64,000 bases of DNA from IMG/VR virus record IMGVR_UViG_3300046171_000138; one strand, given 5' to 3'. The translations under genes were made by a program, and so were the position numbers. The DNA comes from a virus. This document shows positions 9,238 to 20,600 of this stretch, piece by piece (the first letter of the stretch is position 1; each line of letters starts with the position of its first letter). The notes under the pieces were generated by a model that was not told the origin of the DNA, ran no database searches, and saw nothing but the letters and a program-made list of their open reading frames with translations.

Positions 9238-11838
9238 ATGGCGAAGGTATTATTGGATGTAATTCTTGCAGAAGGAACTGACAAGCAAGGATTCGTAGAT
9301 AGTTTTAATGCCGAGACCGAAGCGGATTGGTGGAATATGCTGGGCAGTATGCCCAAGCTAATCGTCATGAATGTTGAAGAGGATTATGTAGAAACATTCC
9401 GTTCACATTCTGATGTCATCCAAGCAACAGAAATTCCAGAAGATTTTGAGGCTTCCACTGCTCCATCAGTAGAGGAGATGACGAAGTGGTATACATCTAG
9501 TACAAGTTCTTCTTATAGATCTCCTACTGGCAATGGGGAAGACAACGCTCCTGTACAATTTCTTTATGACAGTAATCAAATCGTACCATTAGACAGTGGT
9601 CTATCTGTTTTTAGTGTAGGAAGAGATGATGATAGTTTCTCCACTGAAGGGGCATACACATATAAGTCTAGATGGACTGGAAAGCATGTTGATATCGTCA
9701 CTCTAGAATCTGGTAGTGGTGGAAATTGGGCAAGTAATGCAGGTACACATGACCTCCATCCAGATTTCCAAAAATTATCTTCTGAAGATGACTCTCATGC
9801 AAGAGTAGATCCATATTGGTATCAGTGTCAAGCACACTCAAATATGAAGAATACCATCACAGTAAATGCTGCTGATGGGACTAGAAATACATATACTTTT
9901 ACTGTAAGTTTTGGTGGAAGTGGAATTTATACTTTAGTTGGTAGTGATAGAAATGGTTCTATCAATGGAAGCAATCCACCCATTACTGTCCAGGAAGGAG
10001 ATATTTTAATCTTTAATGTAACTGCTTCTGGTCATCCATTTATGATTAGAGATGCTGACGGTGGCAGCAACATCACCGATGGTAGCGTAGATAACGCAGG
10101 TACTGATAATGGTACTGTTACTTGGACGACTAGAACATCATCTAGATTCATTCCAATGGATTGGCCTGATCTAGAAGCAGATGCTAATAACCAAGTTACA
10201 ACCAACGATGGTGGTAACAGTGGATTAACAAATCATGGTATAGGTGTATTAAGTGCTGCTGGCGGAACCATTTGTGGATTTGCAAAGAAAGCAAATCTCT
10301 ATGCAATGTATTTGGTAACTGGTGATAGTCCTACAGAATGTATTCAATCTGTTATTGATTGGCATAATGCAAAACCAAATAATCCAGAGACAGGTGTTCC
10401 TAATCCAACTATTCTAATTGCAGAATATCAATACCTACGTGATAGAAGACATGGAATTCCTATCGACAGTGTATCCCAAATTAATAAAGCAGATGGAACA
10501 ACGGTAAGTAGACCAGGTGGCGCAACTTCTACAAACAGTCCTTATTGGTATCAGTGTCAATATCATGCAAACATGAAAAACACTATCACTATTGGTACTA
10601 GTGATGGAACTTCAAATAACTACAGCATTAGTGTATCTTTTGGTGGAAGTGGACTGTATGCCATGACAGGTAGTGATAGAAATGGAACGGTTAGCGGAAA
10701 TAATCCTGCTATCACTATTAAAGACGGAGACACTATTACTTTCAATGTCAATGCAGAGGGTCATCCATTCTTAATTAGAGATGCTGATGGTGGCAATAAT
10801 ATCAATGATGGTAGTGTAACTGGTCAGGGTTCTGAATTATCTAATGTTGTGTTTACTACATCTACAGGTGGATGGGGATCAGATTTTTCTGAATTTGTAA
10901 AAGAAAACATTATACCCTTCAAAGTATATAATCCAACATCTACAGATTATTCTTGGATGGTTGTAATGCCATCACAATTTGATTACGGTTCTTTAAAGAC
11001 TGCATTAGACAGTGCTTGGAGTAATGGCATTGTTTGTATTAATGCAGCTGGCAATAACGGCGGAACTTTTAACAAAGAGAATAGTCAAACTAGTACAAGT
11101 ATAGATATTGATGCTGGTCCAAATTACTCTGTTATCAACATTTCTTATGGTAGTGCTAACTCGGAAAGCACGTCTAGTACAACCACATGGTATCCATTTA
11201 AATCATATGGTCCACATGGTGTAGAGAGTAATATTGATGTTGCTGCTGGTTATAACTCACAAGACTATCCTGGTTTGGATGGATATTCAAACAGAGGACC
11301 AGGAATTGATATTGTAGGTCTTGGTGCTAACACATGGACTTCGTATCCTAGTACCACATATGGATCCTATAAGTGGGGAATGTTCTCGGGTACAAGTTGT
11401 GCTACACCAACAGTAGTCGGTAAAGCAGCATGTATTATGGAAGAATACTTCTGGTATAACGATGCGTGGCCAACACCAGATCAAACTAAATCAATACTAT
11501 TATCAAAAGCATCAAATAAATGTAGAGGTATAGCATCGGGTGGTGTTGGATTTAGTTGGTCGAATGTACCTAGTGCAGGCGGTGCATCTTTGTCAAATGA
11601 GATCTCTTTCGGTAACTGTAGTATTTCTAGTGGCAATAATGGTAATGGTGGATTTAAGTATACTGAATTAACAGGCACTACACATCTACGAGCATACTTC
11701 GATCCACAAGATGAGGACAGTCATCCATTTGCACACAGAATCAAACACCATAGCAAAAGACCAGTTGCAGGTGGGATGTATCCCAGAGTAAATAGTGTTG
11801 TAGGTCGTCATCGTATGGACCTACCTGATATGACATAA
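9238..11838 (+). CDS. S8 subtilisin-like serine protease with propeptide and two inserted cupredoxin-like modules
   Basis: NHGIGVLSAAGG (His), AAGNNG (oxyanion Asn), FSGTSCATPTVVG (Ser) and VDIVTLESG at the catalytic-Asp position. Two 106-aa repeats carry GHPF and C-x2-H-x2-M. Confidence 0.8.
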   Translation: MAKVLLDVILAEGTDKQGFVDSFNAETEADWWNMLGSMPKLIVMNVEEDYVETFRSHSDVIQATEIPEDFEASTAPSVEEMTKWYTSSTSSSYRSPTGNGEDNAPVQFLYDSNQIVPLDSGLSVFSVGRDDDSFSTEGAYTYKSRWTGKHVDIVTLESGSGGNWASNAGTHDLHPDFQKLSSEDDSHARVDPYWYQCQAHSNMKNTITVNAADGTRNTYTFTVSFGGSGIYTLVGSDRNGSINGSNPPITVQEGDILIFNVTASGHPFMIRDADGGSNITDGSVDNAGTDNGTVTWTTRTSSRFIPMDWPDLEADANNQVTTNDGGNSGLTNHGIGVLSAAGGTICGFAKKANLYAMYLVTGDSPTECIQSVIDWHNAKPNNPETGVPNPTILIAEYQYLRDRRHGIPIDSVSQINKADGTTVSRPGGATSTNSPYWYQCQYHANMKNTITIGTSDGTSNNYSISVSFGGSGLYAMTGSDRNGTVSGNNPAITIKDGDTITFNVNAEGHPFLIRDADGGNNINDGSVTGQGSELSNVVFTTSTGGWGSDFSEFVKENIIPFKVYNPTSTDYSWMVVMPSQFDYGSLKTALDSAWSNGIVCINAAGNNGGTFNKENSQTSTSIDIDAGPNYSVINISYGSANSESTSSTTTWYPFKSYGPHGVESNIDVAAGYNSQDYPGLDGYSNRGPGIDIVGLGANTWTSYPSTTYGSYKWGMFSGTSCATPTVVGKAACIMEEYFWYNDAWPTPDQTKSILLSKASNKCRGIASGGVGFSWSNVPSAGGASLSNEISFGNCSISSGNNGNGGFKYTELTGTTHLRAYFDPQDEDSHPFAHRIKHHSKRPVAGGMYPRVNSVVGRHRMDLPDMT
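9814..10860 (+). repeat. Two 318-nt (106-aa) in-frame repeat modules at 9814-10131 and 10543-10860
   Basis: YWYQCQAHSNMKNTITV...GSDRNG...GHPFMIRDADGG...VTWTT versus YWYQCQYHANMKNTITI...GSDRNG...GHPFLIRDADGG...VVFTT. Confidence 0.9.
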
Positions 11839-11841
11839 ATA
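11834..11841 (+). promoter_or_regulatory. T4-type late promoter (CATAAATA)
   Basis: Motif overlaps the protease stop codon, upstream of 11862. Confidence 0.55.
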
Positions 11842-11861
11842 AAAATACTTGTTATATTTTG

Positions 11862-12050
11862 ATGGATAATACACAATTGCGAGCTGAATTTGAAAAACAG
11901 TTTGCTGATTACGATCTTAAAATTAGGCGAGGTGAGGAAGAACTTGTCAAGTTGCGTGAATATCGCACTAAACTAGAAGGCGGGTTGGAAGCACTTAACA
12001 TACTAGAAAAGGGTACAGATGGCAGCGATACCAGTCAACATACTGATTGA
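11862..12050 (+). CDS. Small coiled-coil hypothetical protein
   Basis: MDNTQLRAEFEKQ...KLEGGLEAL. The ATG at 11862 is preferred over the TTG at 11859. Confidence 0.65.
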   Translation: MDNTQLRAEFEKQFADYDLKIRRGEEELVKLREYRTKLEGGLEALNILEKGTDGSDTSQHTD

Positions 12051-12351
12051 TAAAGGAGCAGACTTTGCAGTCACCTTTTTCATCACTAATAAAGATGGAA
12101 CCCCGCTAAACATGTCAGGGTATACTGGTTCTGCTGTGATGAAGAAAAGTTATTCTGCATCAACTTCAGTTCCATTTACTTTAGATTTTGTCAATAGAAC
12201 TACAGGAGAAATTGCTCTTACATTAACAGATACTGAAACTCTAGCATTGGATCGTAGAAGATATGTCTATGACATTATTCTCACTGATCCTAATGATTAC
12301 AAAACTAGAGTGATTATGGGCAATGCAGAAGTCAGTCCTGGAGTTTCCTGA
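12019..12351 (+). CDS. Small virion structural protein (BppU N-terminal-like)
   Basis: NILIDKGADF...PLNMSGYTGSAVMKKSY...GEIALTLTDTET...RYVYDI...RVIMGNAEVSPGV, a recurrent T4-like baseplate-associated family. Confidence 0.7.
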   Translation: MAAIPVNILIDKGADFAVTFFITNKDGTPLNMSGYTGSAVMKKSYSASTSVPFTLDFVNRTTGEIALTLTDTETLALDRRRYVYDIILTDPNDYKTRVIMGNAEVSPGVS

Positions 12352-13070
12352 TGGCACAGTATAACGTCAGGGTTGGCAACAATGCATATCGTGTTGGTAA
12401 GCAATTACCAGCGCAGCATAAGCTTGACGTAAACTACCAGATTCCGTCGAAGTCAGTACAGAATTCTAATCTTCTGATTGAATCACTGGCATCCCAATTT
12501 GATGGAACACAGGATACATTCAATCTAATCGTCAATGGAGAAGCATATACTCCATTGAACGAAGAACAGATAATGATTTCTGTAGGTGATGTTGTTTTAT
12601 CACCTGGAGTTGATTACATTGTTTCAAACGATCAGATTGTTTTCAGTACACCACCAACTGCAGGTGTACAGTTCTTTGGAGTGGCATATGCTACTACAGC
12701 AGATCTAACCAGAACACTTAATTATGTCATAGACAGTGGTTCCTTTCCTATGGGGAATGGTCCTAAAGGAACCATGACAGTTGACGTTACTGGAATCATT
12801 GAGTCCTGGACTATCCTTGCTGATAGCGAAGGAAACATTGAAGTTGATATTGAAAAATGTAGTTTTTCTGACTTCCCCAATTTTCAATCTATTTGCGGTA
12901 CTGAACGTCCTACATTAGGAATCATAAATAATAGCACGGCTAGAAAAAATAAAGATGACAGCCTGTCTACCTGGAACACTACCGTGAATGCAGGAGATAT
13001 TTTTCAATTCAAAGTGAATTATTCGATCAACATCTCACGATGCATGGTCTCATTGAAATTGAAACTATAA
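12351..13070 (+). CDS. Virion structural protein (239 aa)
   Basis: Contains the modules IESLASQFDGTQDTFNL and VVLSPGVDYIVSNDQIVFSTPP seen in cyanophage fibre/baseplate proteins; coupled to the upstream gene. Confidence 0.65.
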   Translation: MAQYNVRVGNNAYRVGKQLPAQHKLDVNYQIPSKSVQNSNLLIESLASQFDGTQDTFNLIVNGEAYTPLNEEQIMISVGDVVLSPGVDYIVSNDQIVFSTPPTAGVQFFGVAYATTADLTRTLNYVIDSGSFPMGNGPKGTMTVDVTGIIESWTILADSEGNIEVDIEKCSFSDFPNFQSICGTERPTLGIINNSTARKNKDDSLSTWNTTVNAGDIFQFKVNYSINISRCMVSLKLKL

Positions 13071-13089
13071 ATAGTATACGATATAAATA
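13066..13089 (+). promoter_or_regulatory. Tandem T4 late promoters (TATAAATA at 13066-13073 and 13082-13089)
   Basis: Two perfect consensus copies upstream of a GGAGAG SD and the ATG at 13124. Confidence 0.75.
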
Positions 13090-13123
13090 ACAATAAATCG
13101 AGAGATAAACACGGAGAGTTTAC

Positions 13124-14548
13124 ATGGCACTGCTAGTAACCGACAACGGTGAAATTGATTCTCTACGTAATCTACTGAATTACAATCAGGAGATTCCTAG
13201 AAACTTAATTCTGAAGTTGTTCACGACAAATACATATCCAGCTGAAAGCGACACGCCTTCACAAACAAGATATTACGAGCCCTACACCAACAACAATACG
13301 TTGGGATATGGTTCTGGACCCACCACAGGGTATCATCAAGTTGAAAATAATAGAACTGATCAGGATTATTCTAACCAGTATGGAATTCTGCTGAACGGAA
13401 CTCGTTGGACAATCGAGACTCTACAAGCTGCTGCAGTTGCTGCTGTCGCTGGCGCTGGTACTCAAGACGAGTACACAGTCACCGTTGCTTCAAATACTGG
13501 CATTAAAAAAGGCGACTACGTAACTGGCGGCGACGTTGGTACTGGTGCATATGTCGTTGATATCGACGGTCTAACTCTCCTCTTGAGTGTCAAAAATACT
13601 GGCACGTTTACTGGACAAAACCTAGACTTCGGTGCTGGCAGAACGACTGCTTCTTATCCAGAGCAAACCTTCACGTTTGATGGTGCTGCTGGTGATGTTT
13701 ATGGTTACATGCTTGTTCGTGCTAACAACATGCCTACCACCATTCACGGTGTTCTCGATGCAGGTACTGCAGCCGCTGGAACAACTATCAGTAAGACTGG
13801 TATCCGTGGTACTATCGGCAATGACTATTTCGTTCTTGCTGCTGTTTCTAACACCACTACCATCACTGGTACTTCTGGCGAGTTCTCCGTAACCGTTGGT
13901 TCTACTGCAGGTCTTGCAGTTGGACAGAGAATCACTGGTACTGGCATTGCTACTGGTACAAGAATTGCTGGTATCGCAGGAACCACTGTTTATCTAGACA
14001 AGGCACTCACTGGTGCTGCTTCTGGTAACGGTGTATTCCAAGCAGAAGTCGGTGAAGATCTAACTGTCGGCATGGCAGTCTCCCAGACTGGTACTGCTGG
14101 TGTTATTGGTGGTGCTCCTAATGGCATCGACGCTGGAACTATCATTACTGGTATTGATCACCAGGTATATGTTGATGGTTCTTTGACAGATGGAACAGTC
14201 ACTGTTTATCTGAACAACGCACTGATTGATAACATTCAGCCGTCTAACAGCAATGACGAAGTTGAATTTGACTTCAGTAAGGTAACTGCAACTGGTCACG
14301 GTCTCGTCAAAGGCGATGCCGTCTACATTGACCAGGGTACTGGTAACAGCACTACAACTGCTAGCACCTACACCGTATTCGATGTAATTGATGCTAACAC
14401 CTTTACCACAACCAAGGCACTAAACGGCACTGGTTCACTAACTCTTTACAGCGCAATCTTCTTCGCTGAAAGATTCACGAATGGTCCATACGCGATTCAA
14501 AATGCTGGTGACCAAATCAAAGTCACCCTGAACGTCAGCCTCGACTGA
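13124..14548 (+). CDS. Probably abundant virion structural protein (474 aa)
   Basis: Core LILKLFTTNTYPAESDT...EQTFTF...VYGY...AERFTNGPYAIQNAGDQIKVTLNVSLD with inserted T/G-rich beta modules. Flanked by a double late promoter and a terminator. Confidence 0.7.
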   Translation: MALLVTDNGEIDSLRNLLNYNQEIPRNLILKLFTTNTYPAESDTPSQTRYYEPYTNNNTLGYGSGPTTGYHQVENNRTDQDYSNQYGILLNGTRWTIETLQAAAVAAVAGAGTQDEYTVTVASNTGIKKGDYVTGGDVGTGAYVVDIDGLTLLLSVKNTGTFTGQNLDFGAGRTTASYPEQTFTFDGAAGDVYGYMLVRANNMPTTIHGVLDAGTAAAGTTISKTGIRGTIGNDYFVLAAVSNTTTITGTSGEFSVTVGSTAGLAVGQRITGTGIATGTRIAGIAGTTVYLDKALTGAASGNGVFQAEVGEDLTVGMAVSQTGTAGVIGGAPNGIDAGTIITGIDHQVYVDGSLTDGTVTVYLNNALIDNIQPSNSNDEVEFDFSKVTATGHGLVKGDAVYIDQGTGNSTTTASTYTVFDVIDANTFTTTKALNGTGSLTLYSAIFFAERFTNGPYAIQNAGDQIKVTLNVSLD

Positions 14549-14573
14549 TATACTCAAATTGAGTTCTACATTA

Positions 14574-14611
14574 TGGGGGGATTGCTTCACTGGCGGTCCC
14601 CCTATTTTTTT
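14574..14611 (+). terminator. Rho-independent terminator
   Basis: Stem GGGGGATTGC / GCGGTCCCCC with loop TTCACTG, followed by ATTTTTTT. Confidence 0.8.
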
Positions 14612-14627
14612 AACTTGGCTGTAGTTT

Positions 14628-17600
14628 ATGGTATTCTCCTACGCTGGTACTGGAAGAATGCCCCAGTTTGTTGCTTATGAAGCACTGGGGGTAATTTCTT
14701 ACAGCTATACAGCGTCGGTACTAAACGAGTTTATTAAATTAGATTTTGGTTCAATAGGTCTAGCATACTGGGTAATTGCAGACCATGCAAACAAAGTCAT
14801 TCAAGACTATAAAGATGATCAAATAATCAACCTGACAGAAGACGGCGGAGTCGTCAGTCAATTTGATTATGGTAGCATTTTAGAAGTAGAGGCAGTAGCA
14901 CAAGACGATTGGGGTCTTATTACCGATACTTCAAACATCGAGACGATGGGAAGAACACACTTCCATTCTCTCACTACATGGTCTGTTATCAAAACCTGGA
15001 TTGGTTCTGGTACGGTCTTCGAGTTCGGTGGATCCAGATACAGACTGGATGCTCCATACATCGTTTCTGGAACACTGCGCGTTGATGGCAACGCCAACAC
15101 TCATTATGTACCTGCGATTGCTACGGAGGGACTACTACCCCTTCGTAGTGACACTAAAATTGCGTATGCTCCTAACTGGAATGTATTCGGCACCTTATTC
15201 AGCGGTAGCTTTGCTGGAGAGGCTGTCACCAAGGTATTCCCAGAGGATCCTGATTATACGATCAAACAAGGTTCACTTACCACGCTAACTGCTGCGGATC
15301 TGTCTAGCGGTTATGGAGCGGTATATGATGGATCTAGATACACATCCAGTAGTGGAGCTGGCACTAGTCCTACTAATGGATTTGCTGTAGGTCCACACGT
15401 CAGATTCGGTACAGCTTTCGATCCTGGAAGTTCTAGTAGCACATCCAGAAAAGTTGAATATGATCTAGACCTCACTGGTATTGAGGAGATCACCTTTAGA
15501 CTCGTTATGGGTAGCGGCACTAATGGTGGCGAGACTCCAGAGAATAATGAACACCTATGGATGAGATACCTAGATACAGGTCTCTCCAATGCTGATGCAT
15601 CTAGAAAATTACTAGACCATACAGAAACTACTTACACGACTCCTGGCGATAAGACAGTTACTGTCCCAGTAGAGGCAAGAAGACCTAATCAAACGATTAG
15701 AATTTACCAGTTATCATGGACTGGTACATATGAATTTGATCACTATGGATTTATATCGCTATCGTATGGCAGCGAAGTTGTTGTCGGTGGAGATGGTGAT
15801 CAACGCAATAATCTATTCAATGTTGGTGGAGATGCTGGTATCAGCTTCAGACCTAACTGGGTTGGTTCTGGCGTCCTGTTCAACTTCAGCACTACTACAT
15901 TCTCACAGACATATGATTATGTCGGTGAAGGAACTCTATTTGGCATCTCTTCTACAGAAGAAAAAGTTGTCTGGGATTACAACAATTCCAGCATTGATTA
16001 CTTTACATACGAGAACTTTGGGTCGGTTGCCGAAGCACCGATCAATTCTATTACGATCCAATCGATTGCTAATGAGACAATCGAAAGTCGTGCAAACGAA
16101 AGGATTATTGATCTAATTGTTCCTGGGTCTAGTGTTGGTGCATTCCTAGACTTCGGTACTATTCTCACTGACGGTGTACAGACTCCTTCTACTGTCGGAC
16201 TTGACTGGGGTGAGATTCTTACTAATCAGACAGATTATCCATTCGGTCTGTTCCCGATCAATGGTACTGCCAAGCAAGTATTCACTCCCAACTTTATTGG
16301 TTCGGGTGTCCTGTTCTCGTTTGGAGAAGGTATTGGTAGAACCAAACCAAGATGGATTGCCTATGTTCAGATTGGAATCTCTGGTGTTGCGAAGACAAAC
16401 TTCAGTCTTCTTCACAAGGGTTCGGGTAATCTATTCAGCTTCAACAACGGCGAAGATCGCAGAGCATATGTATACAGCGGTTCAGGTGCCCTCTATGCGT
16501 TCTCTGGTGCTTCCGAATCGGTCGGTGCCGACTATCCCGACTCCACGGCGTTGCTACCTATTGCAGGCGCTGCTGGCGTTGCCTTTGCTCCTAACTGGAT
16601 TACAGAAGGTACAGTCAAGACAGAAGGTACAGCAGTCGAGAGACAGACTGATCACTATCAAGGTTCTGGAACTCTATTCAACTTCGAGACTGCTGACGAG
16701 GCAGTTGCATATCACTATAGCAGTACATCTAATGCGATATTCAACTATCGCAATTATGGATCGGTCGCTGATACACCGATCAATTCTATTACGATCCAGT
16801 CTATTGCTAATGATACTATTGAGAGTCGTAAAGACGAAAGAATTATTGATCTAATTGTTGCTGGATCTAGTGTCGGTCAGTTCCTAGATTCTGGTTTCAT
16901 TCTTCTCGGTGGCGAGGATGCTCCAGAAACTGTCAGAGAAGATTATGGTTCTATCATGGAATCTATCTCCCGCTATGCGATGGGAGACTTCTTGTTTGAG
17001 GGCGAAGCAGATCTTGCTAGAACACGCACTCATATCGGAACTGGTAATCTATTTGCATTCGTTGAAGGTCGTGGTAGAACTAAACCAAGATGGATTGCCA
17101 ATGTCCTAATTGAAGTTAGTGGTAAAGGTGATACACCTAGAGCAAGAAGTTTTGTTGGAGAAGGCGTACTATTCAACCTCAACAATGCAGAAGATAGGAG
17201 AGCATATGCATACAGCGGTTCAGGTGCCCTCTATGCCATCTCTGGTGCTTCTGAATCGGTTGGTGCGGACTATCCCGACTCTACAGCGTTGCTGCCTATT
17301 ACAGGCGCTGCTAGAGTCAGCTTCACGCCTAACTGGATTTCCGAGGGTGTTGCAACTCTCACTGGTGCATCAGTCGAGAGACAGACTGATCACTATCAAG
17401 GTTCTGGAACTCTATTCAACTTTGAGACTGCTGACGAGGCAGTTGCATATCATTACAGTAGTACATCCAATGATATCTTTGAGTATCGCAACTACGGATC
17501 TGTTGCCGACACTCCAATTGAATCTATTACGATTCAATCTATTGCTAATGAAACCATTGAGAGTCGCAAGGACGACAGAATTATTGATCTAGTAGAAAGT

Positions 17601-20600
17601 GGTTCTACTTCTGGATCTTATCTGAATTACGGATTCATTCTTCTCGATGGTGAAGATGCTCCCGAGACTATTAGAGAAGATTATGGTTCCATCATGGAAT
17701 CTATCTCCCGTTATGCAATGGGAGACTTCCTGGTTCAGGGTGAAGCAGCAACAGTCAGAACACGTACTCATATTGGTTCTGGTGACATCAAGATTAATGT
17801 CGCCACTATCGTCAGCGTTCCACCCAAGTGGACTTCTGATATATTCGTCGATGTTACTGGCGAGGTTGTAGATAGCGTCACCAAGACATTCACTGGTTCT
17901 GGTGATCTATTCAACTTCGTATCCGCTGATGAGAGACGCGCCTTTGGATATCAATCCACTGGAACTCTATATGCAGTTAACGGTGCTGCTGAAGTCTTTG
18001 GTGCTAACCCACCAGATATTACAACAAATCTACAAGTCAGTGGATCTGCAGCTGTTGCATTCGTTCCTAACTGGAATGGATCTGGTGACGTATCCATCTT
18101 CGGTCAACTGGTCGAACGTGCAGCAGTCAATCCTCCTGCTCGTGGAAATCTGTTCGGATTCTCCAACGCTGACGATAGAAGAACATACAGCTATAACCAA
18201 TCTTCTACCGATCTCTACGTTGATGTAGATTACGGATTTGTTGCTTCGCCTGTCATTGATTCTTGGGTCATTGCTAACCATGCATCCAAAGTCATTGAAG
18301 ACTACAAGGATGACAAACTCTTTGATCTGGTCGAGAGTGGTGGTGGAGACTTCATTGATTATGGATTCATCGAGACTGCCAATCTCGCTGGTCTTCCTGG
18401 TGCAAACAATCTTCCAGATGCAACAGAAGATTATGGCACAATCATCGATCCTCAATACGAGAGATCGATCTACCCAATGGGTCATCTGTTCAAGTTCTCT
18501 GGACTTTCAGGTGGAGTCAAGGTTGTCATCAATCTGCGTCATATCGCAGTTCTTACCAAACCAACCCTCAAATTTAGTGGCGAAGCTTCAATACGACTTC
18601 CCAACGTCCACAGTGGAAGTGGCGTTCTATTCAGCACTGGTGGAGCAGCAGAATCTGCAACATTCAGCGAAATCAAGGACGGTCTATTCGAGTTTGTTGG
18701 ATTCGCTGCAACCAGTTATACCCCCAATTTCAATGGTGGTGGCACCATCAGATTGGATGGTCGAGCATCTTCTGCAGTTGCATTCGCAGGATTCCAAGAG
18801 AACACTATTGTTCTACGTGGTATTGCTGGTCAGAAATACTTACCATCCTACGCTGGATCTGGATTTATCTCTACGTTGTCAGGAGCTGCAGAAGCAGTTA
18901 CTGCAAGTCCAGATGATCTATTCGGTCTGTTTGACTTTGTTGGAACAGCAGCAGAGAAAGCAACAGCAGCATACGTTGGTTCTGGTTCACTGTTTGCACT
19001 ATCTGGTGCAGTCGAAGCAGTTACTGCTGCAGAAGAGAAGAGGAATCTTATCAAGGTCAGCGGCAACGCTGCCGAGAGATTCATTCCGAACTTCAATGGT
19101 TCTGGTTCACTCTCTGTTCTTATTGGTGCTGCAGAATCCAGAACAGCAAGTCCAGATCCATTCTTTACTCTGTTCGACTTCACTGGTCGTGGATCAGTCA
19201 GAGCAACGATTGCAGAATCTGGATTTGCTCTTCTTTCTGTATCTGGAACAACCGAACCAGAGATCCTTACATTTGCAGAGCAACCATTTGGTACTGCTAC
19301 GATCTTCGGTCAGGGTGGAGAAAGATTTGTTCCCAGTTATGTTGGTTTTGGTCGAATCGCAGCACTGTCTGGTGCAGCAGAATCCCTTACTGTCAATCCT
19401 CTGGAGAGACAACTTCTGTTCTCCATGGGAGGAGTTGCAGGAGAAAGATTTGCTGCAGCACCTCAAGTCAAAGGAACAGAGATCAAGCTTCAGGGCGAGA
19501 TTGCTACTCCTCTACGTACATTTGCAGAACAACCATTCGGGGTTGTTCCTGTCAGTGGTATTGCAGACGAAAGATTTGTCGATGTATATGGTGGATTCGG
19601 TACTCTGTTCTCTGGAGGATTCACTTCAGAATCCATCACATTCAAGATTCCTCCAGTCAGAGAAGGAGACATTCTCTTCCGTGGATCTGCAGTCGAAGCG
19701 ATTGGATTCAATCCTCCAGATATTACAACACATATTATTCTCTCTGGAGAAGGTGTTGTTCCTCTGCGTACATTTGCAGAACAACCAACAGTTCGCATCG
19801 CTACTCGTGGCACAGCAGTCGAAAGACAAACCGATGCATATCTCGGAACTGGTGCCATCTTCTCCAACGGATTCACTTCCGAGTCTGTTACCAAGAGACT
19901 TCCAGAGTTCACCGCTCATCTCAATGTTACTGGTCTTGCAGAAGAGAAAGCAACATTCAGAGAGATCTTCTTTGGTTCCCTCTTCAAGTTCAGAGGATCT
20001 GCAGGTCGCGCACTCCTCACCTTTGCAGAGCAACCACAGACTCTATCCAAGATTAGTGGTGTTGCTGCTACCACAAGAGCAAGAGACTTTATTGGCGATG
20101 GCAACATTGCAACTCTGTCTGGTGCTGCAGAAGCAGCTACCTTCAATCCTCTGGAAAAAGATCTGCTCTTCGATGTTACTGGCATCGCTGCAGAAAGAAG
20201 AACCAATACGTTTGTTGGTACTGGTCAGATCAAAATCTACCCAGAAGCAGCAGATATCAGGTTTACCCCGAACTGGAATGTCGAAGGTGTCATTCCTGTC
20301 AGTGGTACTGCGGTCGAGCGTGTCGCAAGAGACGAGGTTGTACGTGTCCTCATCGGTACATTCTCTGGTGCTGCCGAAGCTGTCACGTTCAATCCACTGG
20401 AGAAAGATGCACTCTTCTCCTTCACTGGTCGTGCAACTATTGCTTCTGCAGTATCGGAAGTCAAGAGAGTCGAACTTGCTGTATTTGCAGAACCAGTCAA
20501 GGTTCACGTTGTTGCTGTTCCACCTCCTGGCGAAGGAACTGCAACCATCAGCGGCGTTGGCGTCGAAAGATCTGCAAGAGACTACATCGGTCAGATCCAC

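Noticed and set aside
14552-14564. 13-nt palindrome ACTCAAATTGAGT before the terminator
   Set aside because: It is short, AT-rich, single-copy and has no supporting context, so it is compatible with chance.
15001-18228. Shorter +1-frame ORFs in the 5' part of the giant gene (95-226 aa)
   Set aside because: They are off-frame L/Q/S-rich translations broken by stops and replicated by the tandem repeats; they serve as background for the 1126-codon frame rather than as genes.
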